From the human T2T-CHM13v2.0 reference genome, Homo sapiens, in the NCBI RefSeq assembly GCF_009914755.1, contig NC_060942.1: a stretch of DNA of 64,000 bases, one strand, 5' to 3'. This document shows, piece after piece, positions 43,659 to 56,319 of this stretch. The position numbers were made by a program, and so were the translations under genes. The notes beneath the pieces are model-generated. The model did no database searches, was not told the DNA's origin, and saw only the letters and a program-made list of their open reading frames with translations. Position 1 is the first letter of the stretch. Each line of letters starts with the position of its first letter.

Positions 43659-44616
43659 TCAACTGCCTTTTATTAGAGGGAAATACGTGTTCTGGGGCCT
43701 CAAACATGAGGTTGTATTGCAATTGGGTGGTGATAGCAAGAATATCAAGGATGAAAGTAGTGTTTTATTGTCCTAAAAGTCTTCTCAAAGTCATGGTCCC
43801 GTTTGATTCTCATAGCTATCCGGTAAGCTAAGTAAAACAGGTGACTGCCTCTACAGCTGAGAATAAGATGGCTCAGTCATTTCACGTGACATACCCAGAT
43901 AACATCGTATACAAGTGGATAAGTCAAGACGGGAAGCTGGAGCTTAATATTTCTAGTGCAGTGTTCCTCTTGCCATTCTTGGCCACCTCACTCATATTTT
44001 ATCCTTGTTCAAGGACCAGATGGTCTTCTCCTTCTGCTCTATTGAGCAAAAGCAATTGAGCTCAGAGCTGTGAAGATAATTTTAATTATATCTTCTCATT
44101 ACCCTCAACACTGTTGATGATTCTCTTTAGTGCCAAAAAATAATAATAAACTTGGGTGGATTAAAATTTTTAACCTCTGTTTTCTATGATGAATGGAGAT
44201 AGCATTCATAATTCTGAGAAGAGAAAAATCTAAATTCTACTCCCAGGTCCTCTGTGTCCTAGTATCATTACCTTTGGAAAGTCATTTGGGTGCTTATTCT
44301 TAGAACTGGAGTATCAAGGGCATGGACAGATAAGCACAAGCATCCGTTCTAACCTCAATATTTTATAAGGTTTGGGCATGAGTTTGCCTTGTTCATGGAA
44401 CAGCGTGGAGAACTTCCCCTGGACTTAATCCTTGATAAGAAGCAGGACTTGGCTTTTCATCCTTGATATTCTTGTTAAATGGTGTCAGTGGTTCTGAAAT
44501 TTATATGACCTGGTCCCTCTCCACTTTATAATGAATGAATCTATGGCTTTGGTCTTGTTTTGGGAAGCTCCTTGTATGGCATCTAGACATGAGAAGAGTG
44601 GCTTAAAAGTATATGA

Positions 44617-44628
44617 TGTGTGTGTGTG

Positions 44629-44691
<63 letters not shown>

Positions 44692-44840
44692 GTATATATA
44701 TATATGTACACAATCCTTTTAGAAGCAAAAGACTTAGACTATATAAAATATATACACTATATTATATCAAATATGTAATATATAATATCTCAGCAATATG
44801 CTAGCAATATATTATATATAATAAATATATATATTTATAA
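44617..44840. repeat. (TG)n-(TA)n compound microsatellite and AT-rich low-complexity tract
   Basis: (TG)6 followed by (TA)n blocks punctuated by TG to ~44708, then TA-rich sequence. Confidence 0.92.
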
Positions 44841-45236
44841 TACAGCTGTCCCTTTACATTTATGACACCATTACCTTTATACTTAAAATAAATCTATACC
44901 AGGACCTATCTTGTTATATTCAATTAGCTCCTGAAGTAAAAATGCAACAAAATGTATAGTTTTTACTACAGAATGATCCACCTCTCATCTTGGATGCATC
45001 CTCTGAATTTGAAAAATTTTTCTAAATATTTAATTCAATAGTAGCCACTCGAAAAATGCTGAAAAAAAATAAATGAGTGTAAATGTTCAACACAGGCATG
45101 GTTGAAATACATGACCATTTTAAGGTTTGAATAAATTTTTTAAATGAAGTAAGTGTCAGCAAAAGTAATTTAAATTAAGCCACAGAACCAAAATATCTAG
45201 CTATACAGTTGGAGAATCATGTATGCTGTGATGTCA

Positions 45237-45647
<411 letters not shown>

Positions 45648-45664
45648 CTAGGAACAGGATTGCA

Positions 45665-45925
45665 GATTTATCATAGAAGGATGAGTTGAAGATGTTGTGA
45701 ATGTTTATCCTGGAGAAGAAATAGGAAAATGTGTTAAATGCTATTGAATATTCGAAGCTGGGCTTAACCTGCCCTTTAGTTCCATGAATTCAAACTAGAG
45801 GTTAAGATGAGAGCTTTTTACCTCAGTATGAGAAGTAGTAGTTTCTTGGTCAGATCTATCAGGAGAGAGCCTGGGCTCCCTGGGGAGGCTGAGTTCTTTA
45901 TCAAATAGAGGCTAGACAGAATGTT
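45665..45925 (+). mobile_element. L3/CR1 3' fragment
   Basis: GTTGAAGA...TG..ATGTTTA.CCTGGAGAAGA resembles the L3 3' region. Confidence 0.45.
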
Positions 45926-45932
45926 TAAGAGA

Positions 45933-46250
45933 AGTGCTGCCAAATAGAAAATAAGAATGTGAACAGAGAAAGATGTGTAGTTTTAAAATTTCTAATAACC
46001 ATATTCAAAAAGTAGAAGAAATAGATTATTTTAATTGCATTAGTCTCCTATTCAACCCAATATATTTAAAATGTTATCATTTCAACATTAAATCAATATA
46101 TAATTATTAATAAGAAGTTTTTACATTTTTTTCTACTAAGCCTTCAAAATTCAGGGTGTATTTTACACTTAACAGCTCTTCTCAATTTGGGCTAGCAACA
46201 TTTCCTCCATAGCTACTTGTGTCTAATTCGTGCTGTACTGAGTAGTGCAA
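45933..46250. mobile_element. MER33-like hAT-Charlie element
   Basis: AGTGCTG.C.AATAGAAA start, TTTAAAATTTCTA.TA.CCA.ATT, TTCAAAAT.C.GGTGT.TTTTACACTTA.CAGC.C.TCTCAATTTGG.CTAGC.ACATTTC. Confidence 0.75.
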
Positions 46251-47506
46251 TTTTAGAGTAAGCAAGAATAAAAACCAACCTTGAATTGCTGTAATTCAAG
46301 AAAGTATTCTTATTTGACTATCACAGGGGAAGAATGGACATCCTTTTCCAAATAAAGGCACTGTGTGGTCAAGAAACAGATTTGGGCTGATGGGATAGTT
46401 GTGAAACCCTTGGGGCTGTGGAGAAAAGGTGAAGACAAACCATCATAGATCATCTTTGTCCCATATACCACTCTCGTATGAAGTATAAAACAGAGCCCCC
46501 TCTGAACAGATAAAAACCAAAAAGGTGCCCCTGACCCTTCTCCCATACCAGGACAAAAACTTAAATAGAGAGCAGAGCTGGGATCCAGCCCCAGCCTTGC
46601 CCATTGAGCTGAGCATCCTGTTGAGGCACTTCCTGGCATCTGTGTACCTGTGTCCTATCAGAACCAGTTTCTGTAGTAGCTGCAAACTGCAGTCTTCAAC
46701 AATGATACTGCAACTTTAAATAGGTCACAGGTCTCTCTCAGAATCTGATAAATGCTATGAAACGCTTACAAAAGAAAAATTGTCAAAAATTCAAAACTCA
46801 TGAACACTTTGAAATCTGTGGACCTGTGATTAACAAAACTGGCCACAGTAGTAGCTGACTGTATTTTCTTGTGAAAGCTTTAATTTGGCCCTGTTGTTCT
46901 GAGGGACAGGAGAACAGGAACAGAAAGAAAAATGTATGCTTATCCCACCCGTGCCTAAAATAGCTTTCATGAATGTGAATTGAACGATATTTGTTTTCCT
47001 TTTTATTTTGCCAAGTCATTATTCCGTTTGAACCATCTGAGGATTTTTGTCCTGCTGTCATTGGCTCTTCCCGACATTTTCACCTTGTCATGCTGGGGGA
47101 AGAGTACCTGGTGATAACTAAATTGAAGCACTGAATATTTTGACACCAGCCAAGGAACAAGATGGTCATTTGGTCTATTTTTAATGTCATCCCCATTGGC
47201 ATTTCCTTCCAGGTAGTTTTTTTTTCTGTTTTTCTTTCTTTCTTTCTTTTTTTTTTTTGTGGCACCACAAGACATTCCTTCCCTGCTGTCTGCTTCCTGC
47301 TGTGATCAATGCTGATGATCACACAGGTTACATTTTATATCAAGAACAGTTGACTCAGTGTGCTGGGGCTGTAGTTCACACCCCCAGTTCTTGCTCTCCT
47401 CTGCTATTCCATGCATGTCAAGGCTTTAGAACAGTGAGCAGAAAGGAAACTTGTGGGACTTTAGCCACCTGTATCATAAGTCTACAGTATCATCTGGAAA
47501 AAATAT

Positions 47507-47562
47507 ATGTAGATATAGATAGATATAGATAGATAGATGGATTGATAGATTGATAGATATAT
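47507..47562. repeat. (GATA)n-like microsatellite
   Basis: Imperfect TAGA/GATA/GATT array. Confidence 0.85.
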
Positions 47563-49389
47563 CTATTCTGTCTTTTAAAAAAATACCCCCTTAGTTTGAC
47601 TGAATGTTGTCTGGAAAAGTTAAGAGTTTGGCACAACAGGTAGCAGGTTTCTCTTTCCACCTGAGTTATAACCATTATTCTCACCCATTAAACCTAATGA
47701 AGGTTAGATTATTGAGAGAAATACTGCACTGTATTATGCCTTTGCAATTGCCACTGCAGCTCAGCTTGGAGATGGAACAATTAAGAACTTTTTAAGAATG
47801 CTTAGCAGTTCAGAGGTGTGTGATAAATGGATAAGAAGGAAAAAATATAGCTCTAAGAAACCAACGGAACATCCAACCTGCAGGGAAGATAAGATGCTCA
47901 ATTAGATGGTGGAAGCATGGACCGCTCTCATTCTTAGTAATTTTTATACCTTGGGGAAGAGTTGCTTTTGGGATTTAGTTTATCAGGATATGTGAGATAC
48001 TGGGTCAGACTTGATAGCTTCTCCCTGGGAACTGTGGGGAAGTACTGGCCTGGAGGGCAATTCTCGAGATTGCCTTGGTGGAGGGATGCCTTCTTGTATC
48101 AGGAAGTGCTGAAGAGAGCAGGCTTTTGCCTGCCCTGATGCTTTCCTGCAGTGATCCCCAGAAGCTGGTAAGTGGACAGGTTCTCTTGGTTGGTCACTCC
48201 ACAACTGTGAGCCAATCATAGTGTAACTTTTTTGAATGATGCTCACAGCCTCAAGCCGGTTCAGCTCTCTCAATGGTGGCTTCCCAGAACTTTTGTTATA
48301 GGAAAAAACAGGTAAAAGGTTCAGTATCACCATGAGGGGGATTGGTCCATTGGACAGTGCTTAATGAACATTGAAGGAAATAGTTCCCTTGTACCCGGAT
48401 AATAGTATAAATTTACATATACTGAGGTCCCAGGAGATTATCATAGGTTATTGTAATAAGGGTCATCTTTGAAGAAGGGAATTTTTCTTAGTTTACTTCT
48501 ATAAACAGCTTCATGGGAAGATTATTCATATCTTGAGACCAGGGGTCATATATTTTCTCACTTTATGTGTTAGCAGTAGACTGGCATGTGCCTTCTATAA
48601 GGGAGTGTTGAATTCAGGAATAAATAGTACTAACTGTTTGTTATTACTTACACATCCCTACCCATTTGGATACAGTTTCTTACTTCAATGGCCACTTGTT
48701 ACACAACTTTTCCAATTTTATATTGGGCTAAATGCAGTCAGGAGTAAAGAAATTAAATATGTACCACCAATGCCCGTCATTTAAGTGTCAAATACACATT
48801 GCTTACTTAGCATGTCTATATGTGGAATACTATTTTAGGTCCTATGAAGAATTTCTAACAAACCAAAACAAAATGATTCCTACCCTCATGTGGCTTGCAC
48901 TTGATTCGAGAGGTGTCTTCCTAAATGTATATATGTATGGGTGTACGTGCACACACACACACACAGAGGAAATCCAGATAGCTAGAAAACTAAATTAATA
49001 CAAAATAAGATCACGTTAGCAAAGTACACTGGAGATCTATAGTTAAAACAGAGAATAGGAGTGGTGTTGATGGGGATGTGTGGATGCCTGGGGATGTGTA
49101 GATCTGGAATTTGTAGACGAGAACCCTAGATTGACAAAGAAGAAAGATCAAAGCCACGACAGTATACAGCAAAGAAGTAGAAACAAATAACATATATGTA
49201 GGGAGCAGCACAGCCTGGGTTGTCCAGAGCTTATGAAGTAGATTTTTCTTCCTCTCTCAGACAACACCTACTTACCTCTGACAGTTCTTGACTGGGGACA
49301 CCTATCAGAAGGGGACTCATAGCCTAGCATGGTAACAGGATGAAAAGATGTTACTGCTGGATAGAGCGTGGGAGGCATCTGGGCCTAGT

Positions 49390-49454
49390 CCCTCAATTTG
49401 CAAACAGAGAAATTGAAGCCCAGAGAAATTATATAGAATGTGATCAATAATAAT

Positions 49455-49488
<34 letters not shown>

Positions 49489-49560
49489 CTGGTAAATTGT
49501 AAAGCTGGTATTGGAACCCAGGTATCTCGAGACCTTGTAGTGAACTCTTTGTACCATGTC
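49390..49560 (-). mobile_element. MIR fragment containing a (CAT)n expansion
   Basis: TTTGCAAA.AGAGAAATTGAAGCCCAGAGA, then (ATC)n at ~49455-49487, then AGCTGG.ATTGGAACCCAGG. Confidence 0.65.
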
Positions 49561-50199
49561 ATTCTATTTTTCAATTGGCACTTGGGTTGCTGCTTGGCCA
49601 ATTCTCATGCTCTGTAAACCTATAAAGCAGATGGGAACTGCATGTAGCTTGGGGAAAGAAAGCCAAAGAAAAATTGCTTCTACCAAATTGTGCACGATGG
49701 ATCCAATTTAGAAGTCTGTCAGAACACGGGCAGCTAATAGAGATATACTCAGAGGCTGTCTGGACCTTCCAAGCCACTGAAGGGAAAAGAGCATACCGTC
49801 TGGAGTCAGGGGATTTGGTGTGAGAAACTAACTAGTTGCCTTATGAGAATCATTTAATCTAAAGTTCCTCATCATTAAAATCATTAGGTAAACTTAGAAT
49901 CCCTTTGAAATACTAATAAAATGTCACTGAATTTATGCTGACGTGACTATAATCTTCAAGTCTTATCCAAGACATCCAATTGCAGGCACAAACTGATATT
50001 CTTGCCAAATTGGCAAGCTGCTCTATGCACTTAACCATGTAGCATTATATTTTATTGGGACTTTTAAAACAAAATTCTTAATCTTAAAAGCGAAAATGTT
50101 GTTACCTTGCCTTGATCATGGAACTATTGTAAATTGGGAGAAGGAGGAAAATATGTTTATCAATTGCTGCTGGATATGCATTAATTTTAGTCCACTCAT

Positions 50200-50570
50200 T
50201 CCACTCCCTCATTTATTTGAATGTGTACCTGCATTCAATAGCTATTTAGTGAGTTCCTATTGGTAAAGATAAATTAGGCAGTGTGGGAGATAGATAGGTA
50301 AATTCTGCCCACAGCATGTTCATAGTTAATGTGAACAAAGCCAGTTACATAAATAACTCTATATACCATGAGATGAGTTGTTTAGACATTTGAAAGACCA
50401 GTGAACAAATACTCATAACTGAAAGCCTTATAAGGCTTTATAGGGAAAATGAAAGTTTAAAAGACCTGTTAGGCATACTGGGATTTCGTTACACAAAAAT
50501 GAAAAGAGGGGGCATGTTAAGGTGAAGGAACAGCATGAGCAAAGGAACAAAGGCAGGGATGTTAAAGGGA
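50200..50570 (-). mobile_element. L2 fragment
   Basis: CATTCAATAGCTATTTAGTGAG.TCCTAT, AGGCAGTGTGGGAGAT, AAGGAACAGCATGAGCAAAGG.ACA.AGGCAGG. Confidence 0.6.
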
Positions 50571-50594
50571 GGACCATAAATTACTAGGACAATC

Positions 50595-50818
50595 ATCGGG
50601 ACACATTTTTGGTAAAGGGCAGGATAGTAAATATTATAGACTCTTCAGGTTATACCATCTCTGGAGTAACTACTCAACTTTGCCATGTAGCCCAAAAGCC
50701 CAAAAGCAACCATAGACAATCCATAAAGATTCATGGCTATGTTCCAATAAAGCCTTAATTACAAAACAGGCAGTAGGCTGGATTTGGCCCTCAGCCCAAA
50801 ATTTGCTGATTTCTATCC
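50595..50818. mobile_element. MER58A hAT-Charlie element (opposite orientation to 28154)
   Basis: GTAAAGGGCAGGATAGTAAATATT, AACTACTCAACT.TGCC, ATGGCT.TGTTCCAATAAA, ACAAAACAGGC.G.AGGCTGGATTTGGCCC. Confidence 0.8.
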
Positions 50819-51145
50819 TCAGGTATGGAGAGAAAGAACAGGAAGAACAGGCTGGAAAGGAAGCTGGATCAGAATATCTAAAACCTTCTATTAGCTCTCC
50901 TAATGTTAACGTCTTATTTGTTAACATAGCCTTTTCTTTTCTTTTCCTTTTACAACATTGGACTCAAATTTCCAATTTGTTGCCTTTTGAAAACACAGGA
51001 ATGGTTGCTTCCATGATTATGCAGGCAACACTTTCTTAACCATCCTTAATATAGGCCAATATTCCAAATAAGTTGTGAAAGTCACCCTGACTCAGGGGCT
51101 TAAATGTAAATAATTAATATGTGTTTCCCATCATATATATCAGTG

Positions 51146-51259
51146 CTGGGGTAAACAACCATCCTGCTTTTCCTGAGACTGAGGGGTTTTCCAGGAGAGA
51201 AGACTTTCAAGGCTAAAACAGGGGCACTGCTGGGCAAACCAGTGTGCTTGGTCACCCTA
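51146..51259. mobile_element. MER81-like hAT-Blackjack MITE
   Basis: GGGT.A.CAACC.TCC...TTT.CCTG.GACTGAGGGGTTT.CC.GGA...GACTTTCA..GCTAAAAC.GGG...GGGCAAACC...TTGGTCACCCTA. Confidence 0.75.
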
Positions 51260-52659
51260 ATTAGTCAACGTTAGCATCTCAAGTAGGCAACAAGCGTCCA
51301 CATCAGTTCTAGGCTGGTTATATATCCAGTTAAAGTGGGCAATTGCTAAGCTAGCCATTGTTTCACAGAAATAACTTCTAGAAAGAGAGAGCAGATAAGC
51401 TAAGTAAGTGGTTTTCAATTCGAAAACTGGGTTAGTGTAATGCAAGGCACAGCCAATACAGGCATCAGCGAAATCTCCCAGAACACCAGCCTGGAGATCC
51501 TGAGAAAGTGTTGGATGGCATTTCAGCAAAAATGTTTACATTCAGATGGAATATTTGGGGTCTCAAATTCTGGAGAAATTTCCCATTTGTAGACAAAATG
51601 TAAGTGATTTGATCAGTATTACCCAATAAAGTATCTGCTTCTATATAATTACTCATTTCTATGAGATACTGAAGAAAATGTATGTTTAGACATTGAGATT
51701 CTAAAAAGTTTTGTGAAACATTCTTCACAGATTTGACTATACTTGGATCTAAATATCCCTGCACTGCATTCTTCCTACACATATTTCCCTTTTTTCTTTT
51801 AGAAGAAATCACTGCTGAGATACTGAAAAGTGATTAGAGGAGAGTAAGATATTAAACACAATATGAGCAATTTTCTGATATGGGACTCTGAATGCACTTT
51901 TCATGGTCTTTACAAACTTAAACCTTCAGTGATGGAATTTGATCTAGTATTTGAAGCTCCTAATTGGATTTTGGAGAGAATATATAGATAAAAATTAATT
52001 CATGCCATGTTATACACTGTCAGTTCCTGCATTTAGCATCTCATTCCTGATGTGACAACTAGAGACACCCTGTGTACACTGGAGATACGGACATTCTAGC
52101 TTTGATACATTCCATCTAAATATTTTTCTCCCCTCTTCTAACCAGCTCCTTCTATCACATGCAGTTGCTATTCTCTTATCCCCATTTGTCTCCTGTCTGG
52201 ACACTTACCTTATAAGCACAGTCCACTTTTTGCTCATAAGCAACTTTCCCCCTCCGACTAATTTGTCTTTGTACCTCCTTCCTAAAGACCCAACAAAAGA
52301 AGTGCTAATGACTTGTCCTCCACACGGTGAACCAGTGTTTTTCTACCTATTCCTGTAGCCTCATTCCTACCACCACTACTAGAGTGAATAATAGAATACT
52401 AGAGTAATAAGGTAACTGACCATGGTCTAGGACATTCATTTGAATTGTTAATTTCATCTTTTTGTAGTAGCATCTCCTATTTTATCAAGCAGCCTTACTA
52501 ACACAGAGTTTCATCTTTTGCCATGCATGACATTACCTGATATTTAGAATATAAACTATGATTTGTATGGCTAACATTTATTTTATACTTTTTTTCTTTT
52601 CCAGGCACTGCTTTTTTTTTTCCTTTACAGAAATTGTCTCATTTATTCTTTATAACTCT

Positions 52660-53750
52660 ACATGTTATGCAGAAGAATTTTGAATAATCTAAGTAGATAC
52701 TCCCCTTTCTCAATGAGGTAGAGCATGACTCTGCACTTCCTCAGTGTAGTGTTTAATTCCAAAGAGTAACCTATGGAAAGACCAAAAAAAGTAACTTTAT
52801 AGTAGAGAAATAGGACACACATCACCTTAGCCAAGTGTTCAAGGTGGATATCAACAGCAATAGGTCATGTTGATAGTATGTACCCTTTGTAGGATGTGAT
52901 GAGAATGACACTTTACCTCTGTGTTCTTTCTCTCTAAAAAAAACATCGCCCAAACATAATCATGAGAAAAATAACAGAAAAAAACCCAAATGAGAAACAT
53001 TCTACAAAACACCTGACCAGTCCTCCTTAAAACTGTCAAGGTCATCACAAACCAGGAAGGTCTGAGAAACTGTCACAGGCACAACGAGCCTAAGGAGACA
53101 TGGGGATTAAATGTAACGTGGTCTCCTGAACAGAAAAGAGATAAAAAAAAACAAAACTAAGGACATCTGAATAAAGTATGGATTTTATTTTAAAACAATA
53201 TATCCATATTAGTTCGATATCTGTATGTGTTCTATTTGATGAACGGTTTCTCACTTGGCATTCTTTGTTTTAGTGACTTATTTGTCTAAGCCTATGGGCT
53301 TTGATATCTAGAAGTCCAGGCAAAATCATTACTACCTTCTGTTTCTCTTACATGTATCAATACTGCCCCCTGACACACACACCAAATCCACACAAGGCTC
53401 CAAGGTACATATCCTAATACAACAAGAGGAAGATATAAACTTTGTCTGCAACTTAAGCCCTGGAATAGACAATACTGCTCATGAGGATAGTTGAAATCCA
53501 TGATAGGCCACCAAAGCTGACTGTGGTACCTCTTTCCATCTCTCCTCTATTAGGAATAGTAATTCATGCTGCAAAGTGTGTAACAGATGCACTATACTAG
53601 TGTAAGATGTTAATAATGGGAGAAAATAGGTGTGGGGTGTATGGGAACTCTGTACGATCTTCACAACTTTTCTGTAAATCTAAAACAATTTTTAAATGTT
53701 ATTTTTTATTATTTTTATTATTTTACTATTTTTAAAAGTTTATTTTTAAA
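52660..53750 (+). mobile_element. L1MC/L1MD-like 3'UTR, split by a non-L1 insertion at ~53216-53580
   Basis: GTAACTTTA.AGT.GAGAAA, CCTTAGCCAAGTG.TCAAGGT, TCTACAAAA.ACCTGACCAGT.CTCCT.AAAACTGTCAAGGTCATCA; resumes TGTAACA.ATG.AC.ATACTA.TGTAAGATGTTAATAAT...ATGGGAACTCTGTAC...TTTTCTGTAAATCTAAAAC. Confidence 0.88.
53218..53581 (-). repeat. inverted duplication, left arm (inserted copy)
   Basis: Reverse complement aligns end to end with 54559-54915; by hand ~34 substitutions and 2 indels over ~350 bp. Confidence 0.97.
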
Positions 53751-54518
53751 AAAATGAATGCTAATGATAACCTGGAATAAGAGGTACATGTGCAGATGTT
53801 AGGGACAAATGTATTTGTATCTTTGTGAATAAAATGTTTCTACTTTTCAAATTCAGAAACAATACTGTTGTCTACAGCATAAAACAAGGTCAAAGAAAAG
53901 AGTATTTTAAAATTATCCAACAAGCAGAGAATGTGGTCAGTGGCAAAAGTACTAGAACTGTGTGCCAATGATGGAGATCATGGCAGAGCGGACATAATGG
54001 GCACTTGGCAGGCATGTTCTCTTAATTGAAATGTCAGCCCTGTTGGGTACGATCTATGTAGGAGGGCTCGGAATAGAAAAGAAAAAGGTAGCAAGGTAGA
54101 ATCATACTTCTGAAATATTAATAGTGGCAATGAACTTCAACTTGACAGTGAAATTGATAGTAAAGTATTTAAGAAGAGGACACAGCAAATGGAGAAAAAT
54201 AAAGAAAACCTCAGTGACGCTCTACCATAGCTTGTTATAGTAATATGATTACCTTTGAAGGAATACTCACACTTCAGAACATAAAGTTGTGCTAACAAAA
54301 ACAGAAGAATCAACAAGATTAAAAGCATTTCCATAGATAAGACAATGATCCAGAAGTTCAAAAGAGGGAAAGATGTTCTTCCTACATTTTTAGTAGTAAC
54401 ACTGCTCATTTTTACAAGCAGGCTTTGAATAATGAATGAGCTACTCAAATTCATGAAATGATAATACAGAATAACTTATGAAAGGTCATGCAGCCTCCCT
54501 TTATCACCCCTTACTCTC

Positions 54519-54522
<4 letters not shown>

Positions 54523-54556
<34 letters not shown>

Positions 54557-54564
54557 ACACACAC
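54523..54564. repeat. (CA)n microsatellite
   Basis: About 20 CA units with one TA interruption; abuts the right arm of the inverted duplication. Confidence 0.95.
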
Positions 54565-54915
54565 TTTGCAGCATGAATTACTATTTCTAGTAGAGGAGAG
54601 ATGGAAAGAGGCACCACAGTCAGCTTTGGTGGCCTATCATGGATTTCAACTATCCCCATGAGCAGCATTGTCTATTCCAATGGTTGAGCTGCAGATGAAG
54701 TTTCTATCTTCCTTTTGTTGTATTGGAATATGTATATTGGAATCGTGTGTGGATTTGGTGTGGGGGGTATTGATGCATGTAAGAGAAACAGAAGGTAGTA
54801 ATGATTTTGCCTGGACTTCTAGATATCAAAGCCTATAGGCCTAGAGAAATAAATCATTGAAACAAGTAATTCCAAGTGAGAAACCACTCATCTAATAGTA
54901 GAACACATACAGATA
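54559..54915 (+). repeat. inverted duplication, right arm (probable source)
   Basis: Contains a 58-bp block (54776-54833, CATGTAAGAGAAACAG...GATATCAAAGCC) exactly complementary to the left arm. Confidence 0.97.
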
Positions 54916-55532
54916 CAGAGCTTACAAAAAGTGGCGGATTGATAGGTAGGTACATGAAAATAGGTACATGTGCTGAAGGTCAAAGGCAGGTAGATTCTAC
55001 TTTTAACATTAGGAGGAGACCCACAGGAATTAGGAGGGCAAAGCAAAATGACCAGAGAAAGCATAGGCCATTCAAAGGACCTTGTTTCCAAGAAAAGGAA
55101 TTGTTATCACAGGAAACCTCTTATGTGATTTCCGGTACCATTCAAAACCATTCTTGAGATATGTGCATCCTAGGGCCTGAGTTGAGGATACAGTTTTAAA
55201 GGGAAGGTTGAATAGGTTGGAAACAATTAAAGTTGATTTGGGTATGAGAAAAATGTGGCAGTCAATAAAGAACAGAATTTTTTAAATGAAAAAGTTAAGC
55301 TGTTTATAAAGAAACAGAATGGATAAGAAGTGTATATTTATCAAACTATATGAGTTCATTTTTAAAAATTTGGGGACAGTAAAAGCATCTAGCAAGATTC
55401 AGTGCAACTATTTGGATATTTTACCTAATTGTCTACAAATTTTTCCACGTGCTACTAATGCAATGAGTAATCAAGGCAGTTAATTAACTGGCTTAAGGCA
55501 AAAAAATTGTCTTCATTTATTTTAGTAATTAA

Positions 55533-55587
55533 GATAATTCTAATTGACTTGAAATTATCTAATTGACTTGATAATTCTAATTGACAT
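55533..55587. repeat. 18-19-bp tandem repeat, 3 copies
   Basis: GATAATTCTAATTGACTT / GAAATTATCTAATTGACTT / GATAATTCTAATTGACAT. Confidence 0.9.
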
Positions 55588-55956
55588 GTGTAGATGTAGG
55601 CTACATGTAAAGAAATAAATGGGCTAAAGGAAAAAAGAAAAAAGTATTTCTCACACTTTTCACTGATGATATGTATACAAGAAAAATAGCACATACACCA
55701 AAAAATATTTTAAACATAATGTCTATTTGTACCTAAGCATTTAAGTGGAGGAAAATCATATGCAGTTTCACAGGCTGCAGGTTACAGCATTATTGGGTTT
55801 AAAGGTTCAAAGGGAAATGTCTTTTTTAATTCAACATTAAGATTTTGACACATTTAGTTCATTCCAAAACGGCAGAAATCTGATAGTAAAGGGTTAAATA
55901 TTCCAAATTTGAGTTTAGGTTTTTAAAATTCTCAGGTCACTTCTGATTAGAGAGAA

Positions 55957-56041
55957 ATGTATGTGTATATATAGATGCACATGTATGTGTATATACATAC
56001 TTATACAAACATATATACATATACACACACACACATATATG
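55957..56041. repeat. (TA/TG/CA) compound microsatellite
   Basis: Alternating purine-pyrimidine array. Confidence 0.8.
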
Positions 56042-56319
56042 CTTTAAGCAGCTGATGGTGTAATACCAAGGGATGCCAGAGAGACAGCAGATCACTCACT
56101 TTTTCCTATCTGTGTTTCCTCTCCAAGAACCAAAAGACCTTTTGACTTGACCATCATAGAACAAATATCTGTAAAGACATAGGCTAAGCAGGGACTGAAG
56201 TGATGGAGTGGGAGGGTGAAGTGGTATAAGTTTTGAAGCTGCCCTGAATGAGTTCAAGTCAGCTTGACCAGGCGACACAAAGAGAATGGATCAATGAACC
56301 ACTGCCAAACATGAATTTC

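Noticed and set aside
47301-47323. TGTGATCA-N7-TGATCACA hairpin with TGATGA/CTGA-like words
   Set aside because: Too short, and the boxes are not arranged as in a C/D snoRNA; an 8-bp stem is compatible with chance.
49317-49601. ORF with a poly-Asp run
   Set aside because: Produced by an (ATC)n microsatellite inside a MIR fragment.
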